Source of the DNA: Syntrophaceae bacterium
Lineage (GTDB): Bacteria > Desulfobacterota > Syntrophia > Syntrophales > UBA2192
Direction of reading: 5' to 3'
DNA: 64,000 nt
NCBI GenBank assembly: GCA_013177795.1
Contig: JABLXY010000003.1
Coordinates: 101,244-165,243, forward strand
This document shows positions 56,121 through 64,000 of this stretch, piece after piece (within the stretch, counting starts at the first letter, position 1; every line of letters begins with the position of its first letter). The notes under the pieces were generated by a model. It had not been told where the DNA came from and ran no database searches. It saw only the letters and a list, made by a program, of their open reading frames with translations. The translations under genes and the position numbers were made by a program.

Positions 56121-56891
56121 GTGAACATCATTGCATGCGTGAAGCAGGTTCCCGACACGGAAACCCTGATCAAGGTCAAACCCGACGGATCGGGCATCGT
56201 AGAGGACGGGATCAAGTGGGTCATGAACCCCTACGACGAGTTCGGCGTCGAGGAGGCGCTGAAGCTCAAGGAAAAGCTCGGCGGTGAGGTGACCATCGTG
56301 TCCGTCGGCCCCGCCCGGGCCATGGAGACCATCCGCACGGCGCTGGCGATGGGGGCCGAGAAGGGCATCCACATCGATGACCCGTCCCTCAACGGCGCCG
56401 ACGCCTACACGACGGCCCAGGCGCTGGCCGCCGTCATCAAGGGGCTTCCCTACGACATCATCTTCTGCGGCCAGAGGGCCATCGACGGCGACCAGGGCCA
56501 GGTCGGCTCGATTCTCGCCGAGCTGCTGGGGATCCCCTCGGTCACGCTCGTGACGAAGCTCGAGATCGCCGGCACGGCCGTCAAGGCTCAGAAGGCCATC
56601 GAGGGCGCCACCGTGACGATCGAGACAAGCCTCCCCTGCCTCATCACGGCGCAGAAGGGGCTCAACGAGCCGCGCTACGCGTCCCTGCCCGGCATCATGA
56701 AGGCCAAGAAGAAGCCCGTCGACGTGAAGAACGCGGCGGCCATCGGCGTCACCGCCGCCGTCAAGGCGAAGGTTGCCAAGACCGTACCGCCTCCGGCAAG
56801 ACCTCCCGGAAAGATCCTCCAGGGCGATGATCCGGCACTGAAGGCTCAGGAGCTCGTGAAGCTGCTGCGGGAAGAGGCGAAAGTGATCTAA
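56121..56891 (+). CDS. etfB: Electron transfer flavoprotein, beta subunit
   Basis: GTG start after AAAGGAGG. NIIACVKQVPDTE...NPYDEFGVEEALKLKE. Confidence 0.93.
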   Translation: MNIIACVKQVPDTETLIKVKPDGSGIVEDGIKWVMNPYDEFGVEEALKLKEKLGGEVTIVSVGPARAMETIRTALAMGAEKGIHIDDPSLNGADAYTTAQALAAVIKGLPYDIIFCGQRAIDGDQGQVGSILAELLGIPSVTLVTKLEIAGTAVKAQKAIEGATVTIETSLPCLITAQKGLNEPRYASLPGIMKAKKKPVDVKNAAAIGVTAAVKAKVAKTVPPPARPPGKILQGDDPALKAQELVKLLREEAKVI

Positions 56892-56913
56892 GGAAAGGAG
56901 GAGGTACCGAACC

Positions 56914-57891
56914 ATGGCAAAAGGTGTATGGATCGTTGCGGAAGTCAGAGACGGGGCTTACCGGAAGGTGAGCTTCGAGATCGCCAGCGCGGCCCGCAAG
57001 CTGGCCGACGAGCTGGGTGACGAGGTCTGCGCCGTCCTGTGCGGCTCGGGCATCGAAGGCAAGGCCGCCGAGCTGGGCAAGTACGGCGTGGACAAGGTCT
57101 ACGTGGCCGACAACCCCGCCCTGGAGCCCTACACGACGGACGCGCACGCGGCGGCTGTCGCGAAGATCGTCAAGGAGAAGGATCCCGCCATCCTGCTGCT
57201 GGCGGCATCTGTGCAGGGCAAGGACCTCTCGGCGAGGCTCGTGGGCAAGCTGGCCTGCGGGCTGGCCACGGACTGCACCGCCCTGAAGATCGAGGGCGGC
57301 AAGCTCGTCGCCGTGCGGCCCATGTACGCCGGCAAGTGCTACGGCGAGGTGGCCTTCGAGGCGGCGCCCGCCATGGCGACGCTGCGCCCCAACGTGTTCC
57401 CCATCGTGGAGAACGCCAAGGCCGGCGCCGTCGAGAAGTTCGACCCGGCCCTCGATGCGGGCCAGCTGAAGACCAAGGTGGCCGAGGTCGCCAAGGACAC
57501 GAGCGGCAAGATCGAGCTCACCGAGGCCAACATCATCGTCTCCGGCGGCCGCGGCATGAAGGGCCCCGAGAACTTCCCCCTGCTCGAGGAGCTCGCGAAG
57601 GTCCTCGGCGCAGCCGTCGGCGCCTCGCGCGCGGCCGTGGACGCCGGCTGGCGGCCCGCCACGGACCAGGTCGGCCAGACGGGCAAGACCGTGTCGCCGA
57701 ACCTCTACATCGCCTGCGGCATCTCCGGCGCCATTCAGCATCTCGCGGGCATGAGCTCGTCGAAGTACATCGTCGCCATCAACAAGGACCCCGAGGCCCC
57801 CATTTTCCAGCGGGCGGACTACGGGATCGTGGACGACCTCTTCAAGGTCGTCCCCGAGGTGACGGCGGCGGCGAAGAAGCTGCTTGCGTAA
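56914..57891 (+). CDS. etfA: Electron transfer flavoprotein, alpha subunit
   Basis: FAD-binding C-terminal domain with IIVSGGRG, VGQTGKTVSP and GISGAIQHLAGM. Confidence 0.93.
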   Translation: MAKGVWIVAEVRDGAYRKVSFEIASAARKLADELGDEVCAVLCGSGIEGKAAELGKYGVDKVYVADNPALEPYTTDAHAAAVAKIVKEKDPAILLLAASVQGKDLSARLVGKLACGLATDCTALKIEGGKLVAVRPMYAGKCYGEVAFEAAPAMATLRPNVFPIVENAKAGAVEKFDPALDAGQLKTKVAEVAKDTSGKIELTEANIIVSGGRGMKGPENFPLLEELAKVLGAAVGASRAAVDAGWRPATDQVGQTGKTVSPNLYIACGISGAIQHLAGMSSSKYIVAINKDPEAPIFQRADYGIVDDLFKVVPEVTAAAKKLLA

Positions 57892-57902
57892 CGATGACAC
57901 AG

Positions 57903-57939
57903 ATCGGGGCCGGCCCGGGGCCGGCCCCGATTCCTCTTT
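57903..57939 (+). terminator. Strong GC hairpin / probable terminator after etfA
   Basis: Perfect 13-bp stem ATCGGGGCCGGCC / GGCCGGCCCCGAT with a 3-nt loop, followed by TCCTCTTT. Confidence 0.55.
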
Positions 57940-58390
57940 GACCATAGCCCTTGCTCAGGCGGTGCAAAAATGCCTGAATGCAGGGCGCCCGACATCCCGA
58001 GGGGCGAGGCGTACTGCGTCGTGTACGTTGAGCGGCGAGGGACGAGGGCAACGCCGCAGGCAGGTGTTTTTCAACTGCCTGTTCATTGGACATAGGCACT
58101 CCTGCCCGGCCGAATCCGGGTGCCTCCGTCTTCGCCGAATCCTGTCTGAAAGCCGTCTCCACCGGATGCACGTCGACGGAAGCGCCACACGGCCGTCCAA
58201 TCCCCTGTGACGGGAAGGGCGAGGGCGGGCCGGCCGATCGGGGGGCTGACGAACGCCCTTGTCGCCCCCGGGGACGGGCTCCCCGGCAGGGTGACAGCGA
58301 TCCGAGGGAGAGACAGGGAGAGACTCCTTCCTGACCGGAGGGCTCCGGCGGGGCCCTCGAAACGCAACCGTGGAATGGAGGACGTGACGT

Positions 58391-60484
58391 ATGCAGAACA
58401 TGGTATTTGGACCCGGCAACGAGGGGAGGGAGGTATTCTGGAATACCACGAACTACCAGATTCCCCTCGACATCTTCGCGATCATCGCCCTGGCCATCAT
58501 GGGCTACGGGCTCTACACGCGCTCGAATCTCTGGAAGGCCATGGGGAAGGCCGAAGTCCGGGACGACAACCGGGGCGAGCGCATCAAGAACCTCTTCCGT
58601 AACGGCATCCTGCAGCTGTCCGTGTGGCGGGACTTCTACCCGGGACTGATCCACGGCCTCATCTTCTTCGCCTTCTTCGTCCTGATCTGGGGCGCCGCCA
58701 TCGACGCCACCTCGTTCTACACGGGCATCCACCTGCCCGGCAAAGGGTACCTGGCCTTTTCCTTCATCATGGATCTTTTCGGCCTCTTTGCCATCGTGGG
58801 GTGCATCCTGGCGATCGACAGGCGCTACATCAAGAAGCCGGACCGCCTGGGCTACAAGGGCAAGCCGGACAACCGGCCCGAGGATGCCATCGTGCTGCTC
58901 CTCATCCTCTCCATCATGGTGACGGGCTACATCGTCGAGGGCATCCGCATCGTCGCGACGGGCAACCCCGACTTCGAGAAGTGGTCCTTCGTCGGCTACA
59001 CGGTGGGCCAGTTCTTCGTCGGGATCAACATGGAGACCCTCAAGACCTCCCACAAGGTCATGTGGTGGGTGCACGCCTTCCTGGCCTTCGGCTTCATCGC
59101 CTACATCCCCTACTCGAGGCTGCTGCACATCGTGACCTCGCCGGCCAACCAGTTCATGGCTTCCCTGAAGCCCGTGGGCCAGCTCGAACCCATCCGCGAC
59201 TTCGAGAACGCCGAGAGCTTCGGCGTGGGCAAGCTCGAGGAGTTCACGTGGAAGCAGATCTTCGACTCCGACGCATGCACGCGCTGCGGCCGCTGCCAGA
59301 ACGGCTGCCCGGCCTACCTGACGGGCAAGGAGCTCTCGCCCAAGAAGCTCATCCAGGACATCAAGGAGCACTGGCTCGAGCGCGCCCCGCTCTACGCGGC
59401 CGCCGCGAAGGCCGCCAAGGCGGCGGGGCCCGGGGCGGAGCCCCCCGCGGTGCCCGAGAGCGAGAAGAGCCTCATCAACGACGCCGTGGGCGTCAACCCC
59501 GTCTGGGACTGCACGAACTGCATGCACTGCATGGAGCACTGCCCCGTGATGATCGAGCACGTGCCCAAGATCATCGACATGCGGCGCTACAAGGTCCTCA
59601 TGGAGGCCGACTTCGCCCCCGAGCTCCAGCTGACCTACCGCAACATGGAGAACAACTCCAACCCCTGGGGCATCGGTGCCCACATGCGCGGCGACTGGGC
59701 GAAGGAGCTGGGGGTCAAGACGATGGCCGAGAACCCCGAGGCCGAGTACCTCTGGTACGTGGGCTGCGCCGGTTCCTTCGACGACCGGGGCAAGAAAATC
59801 TCCGCGGCCTTCGCGAAGATCCTCCAGGCCGCGGGCGTCAGCTTCGCCATCCTCGGCACCGAGGAGAGCTGCTGCGGCGACTCGGCCATGCGGGGCGGCA
59901 ACGAGTACCTCTACCAGGCCCTCGCGCAGGCCAACATCGAGGTCATGAACGGCTACGGGGTCAAGAAGGTCATCACCACCTGCCCCCACGGCTACAACGT
60001 GATCAAGAAGGACTACCCTCAGCTGGGCGGCAAGTACGAGGTCTACCATCACACGGAGATCATCGCCGACCTCATCGCCAAGGGGAAGATCAAGCCCACG
60101 AAGGCCATGGAAGGGCTCTTCACCTACCACGACTCGTGCTTCCTGGGGCGCTACAACAACGTCTACGAGCAACCCCGGAAGATCCTCCAGGCCGTGCCCG
60201 GCCTCAAGCTCGTGGAGATGGAAAAGCACCACGACCACGGCTTCTGCTGCGGCGCGGGCGGCGGCCGGATGTGGATGGAGGAGCACCACGGCGAGCGGAT
60301 CAACAACTACCGCACCGACATGGCCCTGAAAGTCAACGCCACGGGCGTCGCCACGGCGTGCCCCTTCTGCAACACGATGATCATGGACGGCCTCAAGGCC
60401 CGCAACGCCGAGGAGAAGGTCGTTGCGAAGGACATCGCCGAGATCGTGTGGGAAGCCATGGAGGCGCCGAAGGCGGAGGCCTGA
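58391..60484 (+). CDS. Membrane-bound FeS oxidoreductase: N-terminal multi-TM domain, 2x[4Fe-4S] ferredoxin domain, two CCG (HdrD/DUF224-type) domains
   Basis: Approximately 6 hydrophobic helices in the first approximately 250 aa. CTRCGRCQNGCP and CTNCMHCMEHCP. CCG motifs ...VGCAGSF...ESCCGDS and ...HDSCFLGRY...FCCGAGGG. Confidence 0.88.
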   Translation: MQNMVFGPGNEGREVFWNTTNYQIPLDIFAIIALAIMGYGLYTRSNLWKAMGKAEVRDDNRGERIKNLFRNGILQLSVWRDFYPGLIHGLIFFAFFVLIWGAAIDATSFYTGIHLPGKGYLAFSFIMDLFGLFAIVGCILAIDRRYIKKPDRLGYKGKPDNRPEDAIVLLLILSIMVTGYIVEGIRIVATGNPDFEKWSFVGYTVGQFFVGINMETLKTSHKVMWWVHAFLAFGFIAYIPYSRLLHIVTSPANQFMASLKPVGQLEPIRDFENAESFGVGKLEEFTWKQIFDSDACTRCGRCQNGCPAYLTGKELSPKKLIQDIKEHWLERAPLYAAAAKAAKAAGPGAEPPAVPESEKSLINDAVGVNPVWDCTNCMHCMEHCPVMIEHVPKIIDMRRYKVLMEADFAPELQLTYRNMENNSNPWGIGAHMRGDWAKELGVKTMAENPEAEYLWYVGCAGSFDDRGKKISAAFAKILQAAGVSFAILGTEESCCGDSAMRGGNEYLYQALAQANIEVMNGYGVKKVITTCPHGYNVIKKDYPQLGGKYEVYHHTEIIADLIAKGKIKPTKAMEGLFTYHDSCFLGRYNNVYEQPRKILQAVPGLKLVEMEKHHDHGFCCGAGGGRMWMEEHHGERINNYRTDMALKVNATGVATACPFCNTMIMDGLKARNAEEKVVAKDIAEIVWEAMEAPKAEA

Positions 60485-60544
60485 GAGGGTCCTGAACGGG
60501 AAAGGGCCGGCTTGACCCCCGGTCAGTGAACTTGATGGAATGAT

Positions 60545-60580
60545 GTCCCTGCCTGCATCCGCGGGCAGGGACTTTTTTTT
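60545..60580 (+). terminator. Intrinsic terminator after the FeS oxidoreductase gene
   Basis: GTCCCTGCC ... GGCAGGGAC followed by TTTTTTTT. Confidence 0.75.
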
Positions 60581-60691
60581 ATAAATTCCATTGACATAGA
60601 CAGGAAGTTATGATTACAGAAACCCGCAAGAGGAGAGCGCCCCCGGGCGCAGAATGCATCATCAGTTCTTTAATTATTAGGAGGGGGTACT

Positions 60692-62038
60692 ATGTCCAGG
60701 AGGAGGTCTGTCTATCCGTTTCTAAGCGTCCTTTTCGTTCTTTTTCTCTCCACGTCCGCCTTCGGCGCCGGCTTCGCCCTGTATGAGGGCAGTGCCCGCG
60801 GCAACGTCCTCGGGGCGGGCCTGACGGCCACGGCCGACGACGCGTCGGCCGTCTTCTACAACCCGGCGGGCATCACCCAGCTCAAGGGCACCCAGGTCAT
60901 GGGCGGCGCAACGTTCATCTACCCCAAGACGGATGTGCTGACCACCGGTTCGATCACATGGTCGGGCACACCCGGCGCCGCTGTTCCGGGCACGACCGGC
61001 ACGGGAATCAACGACACGGGTTCGACCGACAACTGGTGGATCCCCGTCCACGCCTACATCACGCAGCAGATCAACGACAAATGGTGGGCGGGATTCGGCA
61101 TCTTCTCCCGTTTCGGCCTCGGCACGCAGTTCGACCCGAACTGGCCCGGACGCTACAACAGCTACTACGCCCGCATCCGTTCGCTCGAGCTCAACCCCAA
61201 CATCGCCTACAAGGTCAACGAGAAATTCTCCGTGGCCGGCGGCCTCAACCTCATGTATTTCGATCTGAAGCTCGAGCAGAAGATCAATGCCGGGACGTTC
61301 GGCGGGGCGGCCACGACATACCCGACTCTTCCCGACGCCAATTCGACGCTGAAAGGCGATTCCTGGGGGTGGGGGTTCAACCTGGCGATGCACTACAAAC
61401 CCACGGAGGACTGGATGCTGGGTATCTCCTACCGCAGCCGGGTGAGCCAGAAGATCACCGAGGGTGATGCCGATTTCACGAAGCCCCCCCAGTGGGCCGC
61501 TTTCGGTGCAACCAATGCGTTGCTGCTGCGCGATACGAAGGCCTCCGGCGGCCTCCATCTCCCTGACGAGGTCTTCGCGGGCATCGCCTGGAAGGCAACT
61601 CCCACCGTGACCCTGGGCGGCGGCATCTACTGGACACGCTGGAGCAGTTACGACAAGCTCCAGATCACGTACAAGCTGCCCATCGCTCCGGGGGTCGATA
61701 CGGTGACCAAGACGAAGAACTGGGAAGACGTCTACCGTTTCATGATCGGCGGTGAGTGGAAATTTATGCCCAACTGGAGAGCGAGCGTCAGTTACGCCTA
61801 TGACCAGGAGCCGATCAACGACCAGTATGCGGATTACCTCGTGCCCGCGAACGACCGTAACATGTTGAGCGCGGGCCTCGGTTGGGACTACAGGAACTGG
61901 ACGACTGATTTCTCCTACACGCTGATCCTTATCAACTCACGGACGATACCGGCCCGTCCGGCCGACGGAATACTGGCCTCGGAGTTCCGGAACGGTATCG
62001 CCCATCTGTTCGGGTTCAGCCTCGGCTACAAGTTCTAA
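60692..62038 (+). CDS. fadL: Outer-membrane long-chain fatty acid / hydrophobic compound transporter (FadL/OMPP1/TodX family)
   Basis: Signal peptide, then AGFALYEGSARGNVLGAG...AVFYNPAG, and the C-terminal ...GFSLGYKF. Confidence 0.88.
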   Translation: MSRRRSVYPFLSVLFVLFLSTSAFGAGFALYEGSARGNVLGAGLTATADDASAVFYNPAGITQLKGTQVMGGATFIYPKTDVLTTGSITWSGTPGAAVPGTTGTGINDTGSTDNWWIPVHAYITQQINDKWWAGFGIFSRFGLGTQFDPNWPGRYNSYYARIRSLELNPNIAYKVNEKFSVAGGLNLMYFDLKLEQKINAGTFGGAATTYPTLPDANSTLKGDSWGWGFNLAMHYKPTEDWMLGISYRSRVSQKITEGDADFTKPPQWAAFGATNALLLRDTKASGGLHLPDEVFAGIAWKATPTVTLGGGIYWTRWSSYDKLQITYKLPIAPGVDTVTKTKNWEDVYRFMIGGEWKFMPNWRASVSYAYDQEPINDQYADYLVPANDRNMLSAGLGWDYRNWTTDFSYTLILINSRTIPARPADGILASEFRNGIAHLFGFSLGYKF

Positions 62039-62051
62039 CCGCTGCTCCGAA

Positions 62052-62082
62052 AGAAAGCCCGGCTCGTCCGGGCTTTCTTTTC
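62052..62082 (+). terminator. Intrinsic terminator after fadL
   Basis: AGAAAGCCCGG-ctcgt-CCGGGCTTTCT followed by TTT. Confidence 0.7.
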
Positions 62083-62205
62083 GGTGCTGACTTACAGGCT
62101 GCGGGCTGCAGGCCGAGGGTTTCAGCGGTAGATATTGCGTATCTTCTTCCGCAGGAACCTCATGCCTGACGCCCCAGGCCTAATGTCTGCCTTTTGAGGT
62201 GCCCC

Positions 62206-63909
<1,704 letters not shown>

Positions 63910-63944
63910 GCGAGCCACCCCCGTTCATCACAGCCGCAAAACAA

Positions 63945-63982
63945 AAGGGAGGATAGCGGGTTTCCGTTATTCTCCCTTTTTT
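63945..63982 (+). terminator. Intrinsic terminator after fadD
   Basis: AAGGGAG ... CTCCCTT stem followed by TTTTT. Confidence 0.5.
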
Positions 63983-64000
63983 CGCCGGAATAATGAAAAC

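Overview
This is a visibly GC-rich bacterial chromosomal segment with strong G/C bias at third codon positions. As a result, most long antisense and alternate-frame ORFs in the track are artefacts. Gene content and order look deltaproteobacterial, in the style of a syntrophic fatty-acid oxidiser, but the taxonomic call is inference only. About 58 genes are supportable.

Core housekeeping blocks:
- rho (partial), rpmE, prfA, prmC, murA, hisD and tRNA-Gly(CCC).
- The conserved rimP-nusA-infB-DUF503-rbfA-nrnA-truB-rpsO-pnp-M16 peptidase-dut array.
- ftsB and pilMNOPQ.
- pepP, gcvH-lipM, rpsU, a LOG-family protein and holA.
- rpe and waaA.

Energy-metabolism part:
- A four-subunit 2-oxoacid:ferredoxin oxidoreductase.
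- A module of porin, acs, etfBA, a membrane FeS/CCG oxidoreductase, fadL and fadD.

One intact IS element with 8-bp target duplications is present.

Most notable non-standard observations:
1. A tight CapA-like / racemase / ATP-grasp / FGase-family operon of unknown product.
2. A promoter, a 36-codon Leu-rich small ORF and an intrinsic terminator immediately upstream of the 2-oxoacid:ferredoxin oxidoreductase.
3. Three families of short-period (7-8 nt) degenerate tandem repeats. Most form inverted arms (some loci have one arm only), lie at or near gene ends (16 loci in 64 kb) and sometimes supply the last or first codons of genes. The IS sits inside one of them.
4. A near-consensus sigma54 promoter in front of pilM.
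5. Several long structured leaders (acs, the DHH phosphoesterase, the etfA-oxidoreductase spacer).

No CRISPR array, rRNA, prophage or recognisable defence system was seen. All family assignments rest on motif recognition by eye, not on database searches.
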